A stretch of DNA of 64,000 nucleotides from Ilumatobacteraceae bacterium (GTDB lineage: Bacteria; Actinomycetota; Acidimicrobiia; Acidimicrobiales; Ilumatobacteraceae), in the NCBI GenBank assembly GCA_963704915.1, contig CAVPIC010000007.1, forward strand, positions 123,819 through 187,818, read 5' to 3'. Position numbers and translations under genes: made by a program. The notes below the pieces were generated by a model. That model did not search any database and had not been told where the DNA came from. It saw only the letters and a list, made by a program, of their open reading frames with translations. Each line of letters begins with the position of its first letter. Position 1 is the first letter of the stretch. Of this stretch, positions 56,059 through 64,000 are shown piece after piece.

Positions 56059-57069
56059 CTAGGCGCCGCAACCGGTTGCGAGCACCTCGGTGAGTTCGCC
56101 GTCGTCGTAGGCGTACACGATCACCGCGGCACCCTCGTAGTACCAGGCGTGCACCAGGACCTCCATGCGCCCGTCACCGTTGAGGTCGGCGACGTCGAGG
56201 ATGCGGTACCGCTCGATGATCTCGAAGGACCCCTCGTCGTCGTCGCCGTCGCCGTCGCCGGGATCGTCGGGAACCGCCGAGAGCAGCACGGTGTCGGCCG
56301 CACGGGTGGTCGCGTCGATCACCAGCAGCGCGGCGAGGTCGCCCGGTGCCCCGACAATGCTCGGTTGCACGAACTCGAACGACACCAGGGCCTCGTCGTC
56401 GCCGTCGCCGTCGAGATCGGTGACCACGAGTTGTTCGACGGCCCCTTGTGTGGCGTCGACGGCCTCGTCCTCAAATGCTGCTTCGCCCAGCGCCCGATAG
56501 GCCTCGGGCGCGGTCGAGCTGACGGCGACCGGCCTCGGCTTGAGCGCCCAGGGCTTCTGCAGGACTGCGACGGCGCTGTAGCCGAAGCCCGGCGGTTCGG
56601 GAGGCGCAATCTCGACGTCGATCGCCGGGCCGACGCGCCCGTCGAAGCAGGCCTCGGTGTTGTCGCCCAGCGTGACCGGCGTCTCGCCGGCCAGGTTGCT
56701 GACGACGAACGACGTGCCCGCTTCGATGCCCGGGCGGATCGGGTTGCCGCTCGGATCGGTCGCCTCCTGCCAGCGGTCCTGCTGCCAGGCGCCGAGGAAC
56801 AGCCATCCGCCGTCGCTCGATCCTCCGATCAGGAGCGGGACCAGGGCGTCGGCGGGACCGCTGGGTGCGGTGGTCGTCGACTCGGGCGGTGCCGTCGTCG
56901 TGGTCGTGGACTCGGGTGGCGAGGTGGTGGTGGTCGTCGAGGTGGTGGTCGTCGACGTGGTGGAGGTGAGCGTCGGTTGTGGCGACGACTGTTCCTCGGT
57001 GGTGCACGCGGCGATCAGGAGTGCGATCCCCAGGGCGGCGGCAAGCGGCGTGGCAGAACGAGCCCTCAC
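56059..57069 (-). CDS. Lipoprotein with a Thr/Pro-rich linker and FG-GAP/Ca-binding-like DxDGDG motifs
   Basis: It has a signal peptide with a lipobox (ALLIAAC), a TSTTT... linker, and the motifs DLDGDGDDE and DLNGDGRME. Confidence 0.7.
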   Translation of the reverse strand: MRARSATPLAAALGIALLIAACTTEEQSSPQPTLTSTTSTTTTSTTTTTSPPESTTTTTAPPESTTTAPSGPADALVPLLIGGSSDGGWLFLGAWQQDRWQEATDPSGNPIRPGIEAGTSFVVSNLAGETPVTLGDNTEACFDGRVGPAIDVEIAPPEPPGFGYSAVAVLQKPWALKPRPVAVSSTAPEAYRALGEAAFEDEAVDATQGAVEQLVVTDLDGDGDDEALVSFEFVQPSIVGAPGDLAALLVIDATTRAADTVLLSAVPDDPGDGDGDDDEGSFEIIERYRILDVADLNGDGRMEVLVHAWYYEGAAVIVYAYDDGELTEVLATGCGA

Positions 57070-57818
57070 GGTACGGTCACCGATTCACCGGGTTGCAGGA
57101 GATGGAGGTGGCTCGAGAGCTCGGCATCGTCGAGTGCCGCCGCGAAGAGATCGGGCGGAGTTTCGAACCAGCTCGGCAGTTGGCGGCGGCCATCTTCCGG
57201 AGCGTAGGTCCCCCAGTGGATCGGGACGACGATGCCGGGTCGGATCAGCCCGGTTGCCGTCGCGGCCCTCGTCGGGTCGAGGTGTCCCACGCCCAGTGAC
57301 GATCCCCATCCCCAGATCGGCAGCAGTGCGACGTCGATGTCCGTGAGCGATTCCATCCCCGCGAACAGGTCGGTGTCGCCTGGGAAGTAGACGCGGCGAC
57401 CCTCCCCACTGACGACGTATCCGATCGGCGGTGCCGACACACGGCTGTGCGGGCCGCGGCCGTGCTTGTGTGCTGCGGGAACCACCTCGGCGGTCACGAG
57501 CGGGCCATCGAGGTGGACCGTGTCGCCGACGCGCACCTCGGTGACGTCGGTGAATCCGGCCGCTCGCAGCAACCGGCCGGTGCCGATCGGCGTGACGAAG
57601 CGGGTGTCGGGGCGGACGCGGCGCAGCGATGGAAGGTGGAGATGATCGAGGTGTGCGTGCGAGAGCAGCACGGTGTCGACGTCGGCGATGTCCGGGGCCG
57701 GCAGCTCCCGGCGTCGGCGGAGGTGGGCGACGCGCCGGGTCAGCAACGGGTCGGTCAGGATGCGATGGCCGCCGACCTCGATCAGCGCTGTGGCATGGCC
57801 AACCCAGTGCACCTTCAC
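57066..57818 (-). CDS. MBL-fold metallo-hydrolase
   Basis: 250 aa with a GTG start, containing VHWVGHATALIE...ILTDP and LLSHAHLDH. Confidence 0.8.
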   Translation of the reverse strand: MKVHWVGHATALIEVGGHRILTDPLLTRRVAHLRRRRELPAPDIADVDTVLLSHAHLDHLHLPSLRRVRPDTRFVTPIGTGRLLRAAGFTDVTEVRVGDTVHLDGPLVTAEVVPAAHKHGRGPHSRVSAPPIGYVVSGEGRRVYFPGDTDLFAGMESLTDIDVALLPIWGWGSSLGVGHLDPTRAATATGLIRPGIVVPIHWGTYAPEDGRRQLPSWFETPPDLFAAALDDAELSSHLHLLQPGESVTVP

Positions 57819-57838
57819 GCCACCAGGCTAGGCCAAGC

Positions 57839-57890
57839 CGTTTGCGTCACGGTTTCGGTGACCCGTCTCGCCAGAATTGCAGCGCAAACG
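57839..57890 (+). repeat. 52-bp element with inverted termini (copy B)
   Basis: Sequence: CGTTTGCGTCACGGTTTCGGTGACCCGTCTCGCCAGAATTGCAGCGCAAACG. It lies 21 bp upstream (on the opposite strand) of the MBL gene start. Confidence 0.7.
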
Positions 57891-57931
57891 TGGTGCGGTG
57901 TGGTGTGGTGTGCGTGGCGTCGGATGACAGT

Positions 57932-58930
57932 TCAGCCGAGGTCGGGCCAGCGGCGCTGCTGTCGACGGCGCAGGCCGGCGGTGCCGAGCTTGCGGCGTTC
58001 CGCGAGTGCCCAGTCGCGGCGCCAGCCGGTGTGGTCGGGGCCGGTCAGCGTCGGGCTGGTGCCCGACGCGGCCCGTTGGCGTGCGGTCCAGAAGTCGGTG
58101 ATGGCCTCGTCGCCGAGCACGGTGACGGCAGCTTCGATACGGCCGTTGAAGTGGCGCGTCGATTCGCCGTCCTCGCTGTGCAGTGGCGCCCCGAACACGA
58201 CCTTGGTGCGACCGGGCTTCGGGCGCTTCATTCCCTTGCCGAAGATGGCCCCGGTGCCGTCGATGAACACGGGCACGACCGGAGCGCCGGTGCGCGCCGA
58301 CAGGTAGGCGGCACCGCCCTTGAAGTCCTGCCCCCATCCGTCGGGTGACCGGCCACCTTCGGGGTAGATCACCAGGCTGTAGCCGTCATCGACCAGGCCC
58401 TTGATCATGTCCGACGACTTGCGGCCCGTGAGTTCGCGGTCGATCGGAATCGCGTTGAGCGACAGCGCGGACAGGGTTGCCTTCCACTTCTTGTCGAAGA
58501 AGTAGTCCGCTGCAGCGGCGACCACCAGCTTGTGACGCCAGGCGAGCGGCACCGACCGGATCATCAATCCGGTGTCGAGGTGGCTGTGGTGGTTCGGTGC
58601 GAAGATCACCGCGGGAGGATCGTCGAGCGATGCGAGATCGGCGAGCCGGTCGGTGCCGACGATCTCCGGTGACGCGAGGACGCGAGTGGCCAGACGAACC
58701 GGACCCTCGACCATCGCGGTGCGCACGGACGTCGCGAGGGGTCGGCGCGCCCACTCGGTGTCGTAGTGCGCGCCCAGCCCGGAGACCTCGGGCGGCACCT
58801 CGACGCCGCGAGGAACCGTGGGCGCCCGGTAGGGGAACCCGAAGTTGCGCAGCGGCAGGGTGGCGCGCCGTAGGGCGTCCTCGGCGAAGCCGGCGGCCCG
58901 CTGAGCCCGCTGGAGGTTCCGGTCGACCAT
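57932..58930 (-). CDS. Lysophospholipid / 1-acyl-sn-glycerol-3-phosphate acyltransferase (PlsC family)
   Basis: 332 aa with the HX4D block (APNHHSHLDT) and the YPEGGRS block. Confidence 0.8.
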   Translation of the reverse strand: MVDRNLQRAQRAAGFAEDALRRATLPLRNFGFPYRAPTVPRGVEVPPEVSGLGAHYDTEWARRPLATSVRTAMVEGPVRLATRVLASPEIVGTDRLADLASLDDPPAVIFAPNHHSHLDTGLMIRSVPLAWRHKLVVAAAADYFFDKKWKATLSALSLNAIPIDRELTGRKSSDMIKGLVDDGYSLVIYPEGGRSPDGWGQDFKGGAAYLSARTGAPVVPVFIDGTGAIFGKGMKRPKPGRTKVVFGAPLHSEDGESTRHFNGRIEAAVTVLGDEAITDFWTARQRAASGTSPTLTGPDHTGWRRDWALAERRKLGTAGLRRRQQRRWPDLG

Positions 58931-58938
58931 CGAGATCT

Positions 58939-60525
58939 CTACTTCACGTCCGCGATCATCAGCGGCGGGGTCTTGATGTGGGTGATCGTCGGGGAGCGGC
59001 CAACGACGTCCGAGGCGATCTCGAAGGCGTCGTTCATGGTGGACGCGGGCGTGAAACCGAGCTTGCGAACGGTCGCCGGGTCGCCGCCGACGATGATCAC
59101 CTTGCCGACGTGCTTCAGGGCATGGCTGCCCCAGTACCACATGTAGAATGGGTGGACGCCGTGGTAGGCGTTCGTGGTGCGGTACAGGTGGCGGTACCAG
59201 TCGTCCTCCGCGTACTGCTTCTCCCACTTCTGCGACATCACGTGCGGGTCGCGAGTGTCGGCCAGCACCTCTTCGAAGAAGTCGATGTAGCTGGGGTGAT
59301 GCACCGGGTGGAACTCGTTGGTGGTCGGATGGGTGAGGATCAGCACACCTCCCTCACGCACGAGCGGCTTGCCGCGGTAGAGGTTGAAGAAGTACCCGAG
59401 TCCGGTGCACATCACGAGGATCGGGTTCATGATCGAGTGGACGTTGTAGGGGCAGATGTAGGGGATGCCCATCGTGAGGATGTCGGTCTGGCCCTCGACC
59501 TCGACGAGTTGCTGGTCGTACACGTTCTGGGTGGTGACCTTGTGGACCGCCTCGACCTCGCCGCACTGGATGCTGGTCATCTGGTGCGGCGCTTCGATGC
59601 CCTGGAAGATCTTGCGGGCGGTCCGCGCCGGCAGCTTCGCCACCGACTTGGCGGTACCGAGATAGAGCGCCCGGTCCTTCGCGTTCCACTCCCACTCGCG
59701 CTTGGAGAGGAACTCGAAGGGTTGCGGGAACGTGTCGGTGTTCAGCGTCGTCTCGATCTGGAACACCTTGGGGCCGTGGTCGCGCATGACCTTGCCCATG
59801 CGCCACGTGCTCTTGTGGAGCTCGGACGCGTGCTGGTCCATGAACGAGTGCGACGCCTCCATCGTGGTCGGGTTGTGGTGATGGCGCAGCGATCGGTAGC
59901 TGGCGAGGCCGACGGCGGTCGACTTCCAGCCGCCGTCCATGGCGACGAGGTTGATGTTGACGTAGACGAGCAGGTCGGATTCGGCGGCGCGCTTGTTGAT
60001 CTCGATCTCTTCGCCCTGGTCGGTCGTGCCGAGGAAGGCGAGGTTGTCCGGGTCTTCGGCGTCGTGCTGGTACAGCAGGCCGCGCGGCTCGAAGGCGTCG
60101 TAGACGCGGTCGCCGAGGGCGTGGCGCAGCTCGAATTCGTGCATCCGCCGGTGCAGTGCGAGCGCGGCGATGATGTGGACGTCGTCGACGCCGGCATCGG
60201 CGGCCATCGTGAGCACCTGCTCGATGATCCGTTGACGCAGGTCGGGTCGGCGCATCTGCGGCAGCGGCAGCGACACGTCGTCGAACGCGATCGTGAGCTT
60301 CATGCCGGGGAACAGCAGCGACGGCAGCGGGTCCATGTCGATCGGATTGAGCAGCGCCGTGCGGATCGCGCCGTCGATGTCGTCGATCGCCTCGTGCGGC
60401 TCGGGCGCGTAGATCACCCGTGAACGGTCAGCGGGGAGCTTCTCGAGGCGGAACCCCTCGCCGTGCCAGAACAGGGTGGGCGGCGTCGACTTGTCGACGT
60501 CCAGAACGAATCCAGGGCGTGGCAT
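58939..60525 (-). CDS. LarA-like (lactate racemase N-terminal domain / DUF2088) protein
   Basis: 528 aa containing KLTIAFDDVSLPLP, DLLVYVNINLVAMDGGWKSTAVGLASYRSLRHHHN and a typical LarA-family C-terminal half. Confidence 0.75.
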   Translation of the reverse strand: MPRPGFVLDVDKSTPPTLFWHGEGFRLEKLPADRSRVIYAPEPHEAIDDIDGAIRTALLNPIDMDPLPSLLFPGMKLTIAFDDVSLPLPQMRRPDLRQRIIEQVLTMAADAGVDDVHIIAALALHRRMHEFELRHALGDRVYDAFEPRGLLYQHDAEDPDNLAFLGTTDQGEEIEINKRAAESDLLVYVNINLVAMDGGWKSTAVGLASYRSLRHHHNPTTMEASHSFMDQHASELHKSTWRMGKVMRDHGPKVFQIETTLNTDTFPQPFEFLSKREWEWNAKDRALYLGTAKSVAKLPARTARKIFQGIEAPHQMTSIQCGEVEAVHKVTTQNVYDQQLVEVEGQTDILTMGIPYICPYNVHSIMNPILVMCTGLGYFFNLYRGKPLVREGGVLILTHPTTNEFHPVHHPSYIDFFEEVLADTRDPHVMSQKWEKQYAEDDWYRHLYRTTNAYHGVHPFYMWYWGSHALKHVGKVIIVGGDPATVRKLGFTPASTMNDAFEIASDVVGRSPTITHIKTPPLMIADVK

Positions 60526-61724
60526 CAGTTGGCTTCCTTGCGCAGGTCGAACGCGATCTTGACGGCGCCGCGGCGGCCGGCGGTGGCGGCGTGGGCGATG
60601 GCGTCGACGTGGTCGGGCAGTGGATAGGTGGCCGAGAGCAGGCGCTCGGCGCGCAGCTCGTCGGCGGTCTCGATGGCGAGGTCGAACGTGCGAACCGTCC
60701 GGCCGTCGGGGAGGTGTTCGGTGCCGTAGGTGTAGGCGCCCTTGAGTTCGGTCTCGCGGTGCCAGAGCCCGGTGAGGTCGAGCGTGACGTCGGCGGGCAT
60801 GCCGAGCAGCACGACGCGCCCGCGCGGACGCGTGATGCGCAGGCAGTCGGCCACGGTGTCGCTGGTGCCGACGGCGTCGATCGTGACGTGGGCACCCGAC
60901 GACAGGTGGTCGCCGACCATGTGGCAGCCGGCAGCTCGCCGTACCGCTCGGGCAAGCTCGTCGGGGGCGACGACGACGTCGGCGCCGAACTCCTTCGCGA
61001 ACTGGCGCTGGTGGGGGTAGCGGGCGCCGGCGATGATGCGGACGTCGGGCACGTAGCGGCGCAGTCCGGCGATCGCCGCGAGGCCCATCGTGCCCGCACC
61101 GAGCACAGCGACGATCGCGGGCTGGCTGGTGTCGCTGCGAGCCGCGACGACCGGTGCCGCGAGCAGAGCGGCGTGGATGCCGCCGGCGAACGGCTCGACG
61201 AGCACGGCGCGCTCGTCGGGCATGTCGTCGCCGATGCGGTGGAGTTGTGACTCGTGTGCGACGAACTCGGGGGCCCAGCCGCCGCCGGTCGAGCAGCAGA
61301 ACCCGGTCTGGATTCCTGGCTCGAGCGGGCCCGTGGCGAGGTGGGCGTAGTCGTCGCCGTCGCCGGGCGCGGCACCCTCGAACGGGGGAGCGAAGCCGCG
61401 CGCCTCGTGGCCGAGGACCGGTTCGAGGATCACGCGCGTGCCGTCGTCGAGCTCGCCGACGACCTCGTGGCCGGGGACGAACGGGAACGACACCCAGTCC
61501 TCGAAGTACAGCGACGCATGGCCCTCGACGAGCGAGAGGTCCGACCCGCAGATGCCGGCGAGTCGGGTGCGCACACGCTGCCATCCCGGCCCGGGGAGTT
61601 CGGGCTCGTCGACCGAGGTGTACTCGAGCGGCCCCAACTTGGTGGCCGTGACGGGCGAGATCGCCGACGCGATCAGCGCCATCCCGAGCTTGCGCACCGA
61701 ACGCGAGACCTGCAGCGCCTTCAC
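60525..61724 (-). CDS. Zinc-binding alcohol dehydrogenase family protein
   Basis: 399 aa with a GTG start, containing LAGICGSDL, PGHEVVG and GAGTMGLAA. It has overlapping stop/start junctions with both neighbours. Confidence 0.8.
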   Translation of the reverse strand: MKALQVSRSVRKLGMALIASAISPVTATKLGPLEYTSVDEPELPGPGWQRVRTRLAGICGSDLSLVEGHASLYFEDWVSFPFVPGHEVVGELDDGTRVILEPVLGHEARGFAPPFEGAAPGDGDDYAHLATGPLEPGIQTGFCCSTGGGWAPEFVAHESQLHRIGDDMPDERAVLVEPFAGGIHAALLAAPVVAARSDTSQPAIVAVLGAGTMGLAAIAGLRRYVPDVRIIAGARYPHQRQFAKEFGADVVVAPDELARAVRRAAGCHMVGDHLSSGAHVTIDAVGTSDTVADCLRITRPRGRVVLLGMPADVTLDLTGLWHRETELKGAYTYGTEHLPDGRTVRTFDLAIETADELRAERLLSATYPLPDHVDAIAHAATAGRRGAVKIAFDLRKEAN

Positions 61725-64000
61725 GCGCGGGCTCCGAAGCGTTCGTTGCGCTGGCGTTCCGACAGCAGCGGCCCGATCGGCAGGCGAGGGCGGGGACCGC
61801 CCGGCGCCTTCGTCCAGTGTTCGACGAGCCAGCCGCGCTTGCGGGCGATCGCGGCCAGGCGTGTCTCGGGGTTGACCGCCACCGGGAAGCCGACCGCCTC
61901 GAACAGCGGGAGGTCCGACGACGAGTCGGCGTAGGCGACGCACTCGTCGAGGTCGAATCCCTCCGCGTCGCAGTAGTCGGCGAGCACCTGCGCCCGCGCT
62001 TCGCCGGTCGGCGGAACCGTGTGCATCTCGCCCGAGTAGGTGTTGTCCGACTTGATCGTCATCTCGGCAGCGACGATCTCGTCGAAGAGCGGTCGCAGCC
62101 CCTCGACGTTGAAGCTCAGTGCACCGGTGATCAGGATCGTCCGATGGCCCATCGCGCGGTGTTGACGGACGCGCCGCATGCCCTCCGGGAACGACTTGGT
62201 CATGATGATCTGGCCGAACATCTCGCGGGCGTCGGCCTCGATCTGCTCGACCGGCGCGTCCTCGTAGCGGCGGTAGAAGTAGCGCAGGAAGTCGCTGCGG
62301 TCCGCTCGGTCGAGCTTCAACAGCCCCGGGCCCTCCACGAGGGTGCGCAGCACGTAGCGGAGCCGCTCGGGCGTGTCGAGGCGGCGGGTGGCGAGCCACG
62401 AATAGCTCTCGACGACGTTCGACGAGATCAGCGTGTTCTCGAGGTCGAACGCGACCACCTGCCGCTTCGGGTCGAGCACCTGCTTGCGCAGCCGCGCCAT
62501 GCGGTCCGACGACGGTGAAGGACCGGGTGTGGTCTTGACCCGGGCGTGCTTGACGATCGACGGCAGGTGGATCTGGGTGATGTAGGTCGGCCAGTCGACC
62601 GAGCGCGGGTCGAAGTTGAACGTCGCCCTGTCGGCGTCGTCGAGCTCGCCCCAGGTGAGCATCAGGTTGTCGACCTGGTAGATCGCCTCGCACTCGGTGT
62701 ACAGGCCGTAGAGCTCGACGTAGGTGAGTGCCCGCTCGACCTCGGTGCGCTTCGTCTCGACCTGGGCCGACCACTCGGCCTGGCGCCCGCGCAGCGGGAG
62801 GTTCTGCAGCACCTTCTCGCCGGCAGACAGGATCGTCTTGGCCCGGTTCAACTGGCCCTGCACCCGGCCGCGGCCGGGGAAGCGGAACTCGGGCACGACG
62901 ATCGGCTGGCCCTTGGAGTCGTAGATCGGGTGCTCGAGGAACCAGCCGCTCACGTTGTCGACGAGCATCCGGTACTTCAGCGGGTTGATGCCGCCCGAGG
63001 CGACCTGCGTGATCTCTGGGGCTCGCTCCGGGCCGAGGGCAGCGACGGCGATGATCGAGGCGACGACGATGTCGACCGGGATGACGTCGACGGTTCCCTC
63101 GGGCACGCCGGGGAACTCGTCGAGCAGACCGCGGGCGTAGGAGATCAGCACCGGCTCGGCCATGCGGAACCCGCGGATCCAGCCGGGCTTCGGTTCGGCG
63201 AGCGCGGATTCGATGATCGACGGGCGGACGATCGACACCGGCACCGGGCCCTTGACGTCGGTCAGCGCCTGCTCGCCGAGTGCCTTGGTGAACGCGTAGG
63301 CGTCCGGCCATCCGACGCTGGCGGCCCGCGCCCGACCGGCGTCGACGAGCTGGTCCTTGACCCACTTCTCGCGCAGCTGCTCGGTCTTCGAGGCGAGCGC
63401 GGGTGCGCCGGCCGCGCCGAGCTCGGTCCGGGCCTCCTTGCGGAACGCTTCGAGCTGCTCGCGGGTGCGGCTCGCCGCGTCGGCGTCGGACCGCAGCCGC
63501 CGGCTCGCAGCAACTTCGCTGCGCCAGTCGATGCCGATGTCGAAGGGGCCGTCGCTGACGAGCTTCTCGGGCGCGTTGCCGCGACGGTTGCCGGCGACGT
63601 AGCACGTCGACACGGCCACGAGGTGTGGGGTGATGCCGATCGCGTTGCACAGATCGGCGATGCGCGACGGGCCGAGCAGGTTGATCTCGACGGCGGAGTC
63701 GAGCGGCGAGTCGAACGACACCGCAGCGGCGGAGTGGATCACGGTGTCGCAGCTGGCGAAGGTCGCCCGATCGGCGTCGTTCAGTCCCAGCCCGTCGCGG
63801 GTGACGTCGCCGGCGATCGTGGTGACCCGACTGGTGACCGTGGCGAAGTCGACGCCCTGTTCGGTGCACTGCGCACGCAGCCGGTCGAAGGCGTCGTTCT
63901 TGAAGATCTCGCGATCGGTGCGTCGTGCGGCGCTGGTGCGTTGGCCGTCGCGCACGAGCAGTACCAGCTCGCAGTCGGGGACCGATCGCAGCAGGCGTTC
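61721..64000 (-). CDS. Fatty acyl-CoA reductase (male-sterility NAD-binding domain) fused to a HAD-IB phosphatase domain; 5' end outside window
   Basis: The frame is open to the window edge (ERLLRSVPDCELVLLVRDGQ...). The FAR domain has VIHSAAAVSF, STCYV and YAFTKALGE. The C-terminal HAD-IB domain has VVAFDLENTLISSN and YADSSSDLPLF. Confidence 0.8.
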   Translation of the reverse strand, partial: ERLLRSVPDCELVLLVRDGQRTSAARRTDREIFKNDAFDRLRAQCTEQGVDFATVTSRVTTIAGDVTRDGLGLNDADRATFASCDTVIHSAAAVSFDSPLDSAVEINLLGPSRIADLCNAIGITPHLVAVSTCYVAGNRRGNAPEKLVSDGPFDIGIDWRSEVAASRRLRSDADAASRTREQLEAFRKEARTELGAAGAPALASKTEQLREKWVKDQLVDAGRARAASVGWPDAYAFTKALGEQALTDVKGPVPVSIVRPSIIESALAEPKPGWIRGFRMAEPVLISYARGLLDEFPGVPEGTVDVIPVDIVVASIIAVAALGPERAPEITQVASGGINPLKYRMLVDNVSGWFLEHPIYDSKGQPIVVPEFRFPGRGRVQGQLNRAKTILSAGEKVLQNLPLRGRQAEWSAQVETKRTEVERALTYVELYGLYTECEAIYQVDNLMLTWGELDDADRATFNFDPRSVDWPTYITQIHLPSIVKHARVKTTPGPSPSSDRMARLRKQVLDPKRQVVAFDLENTLISSNVVESYSWLATRRLDTPERLRYVLRTLVEGPGLLKLDRADRSDFLRYFYRRYEDAPVEQIEADAREMFGQIIMTKSFPEGMRRVRQHRAMGHRTILITGALSFNVEGLRPLFDEIVAAEMTIKSDNTYSGEMHTVPPTGEARAQVLADYCDAEGFDLDECVAYADSSSDLPLFEAVGFPVAVNPETRLAAIARKRGWLVEHWTKAPGGPRPRLPIGPLLSERQRNERFGARA

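Noticed and set aside
57897-57911. (GGTGT)x3 microsatellite next to 52-bp element copy B
   Set aside because: It has only three units and is not shared by the other copies. It is probably incidental.

Overview
This is a high-GC (roughly 67-70%) chromosomal segment. Family content (mycothiol/DinB-type TIGR03086 protein, F420/LLM oxidoreductase, DUF2252, VapBC, SCO6745-like protein) points to Actinomycetota. All calls are by-eye readings of the supplied translations and DNA against remembered family signatures; no searches were run. I found no rRNA, tRNA, CRISPR, transposase or integrase.

About 60 protein genes are supported, in these blocks:
- 1-13.8 kb: VapBC, two carotenoid-oxygenase paralogs with a Zn-ADH, and assorted redox enzymes.
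- 13.9-18.6 kb: a glycolytic block with a eukaryote-type tandem PFK, a class I aldolase and a second PFK.
- 22.7-26.3 kb: small-molecule enzymes.
- 26.3-31.3 kb: an ApbE / ferric-reductase-like / acidic-tail-protein operon, divergent from an OmpR-type two-component system.
- 31.6-41.1 kb: an eight-gene, translationally coupled, TetR-led operon. It encodes two formylglycine-type sulfatases (one fused to a DJ-1/PfpI domain), a haloalkane dehalogenase, an MBL hydrolase, an SRPBCC protein and a tandem DUF1330 protein. DUF1697, a LysE exporter and an MBL-type alkyl sulfatase follow.
- 45-57 kb: housekeeping and envelope genes (RlmI-like methyltransferase, MscS, Ugd/Uxs, ClC, BCCP-carboxyltransferase).
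- 57.9-64 kb: a coupled PlsC / LarA-like / Zn-ADH / fatty-acyl-CoA-reductase-HAD operon that runs off the window.

The most unusual signals:
1. A dense family of 42-bp palindromic intergenic elements (12 copies, 6 loci) sits in arrays with a fixed 61-bp period. The cores occur in both orientations while the flanks keep one polarity.
2. A second 52-bp element with inverted termini occurs three times.
3. Sixteen reading-frame disruptions in ten genes all lie in the first 34 kb, and 13 of them are single surplus nucleotides. These are either regional assembly error or real gene decay.
4. Three operons have unexplained gene combinations: the sulfatase/dehalogenase operon, the LarA-like lipid operon, and the ApbE operon with no obvious flavinylation target.
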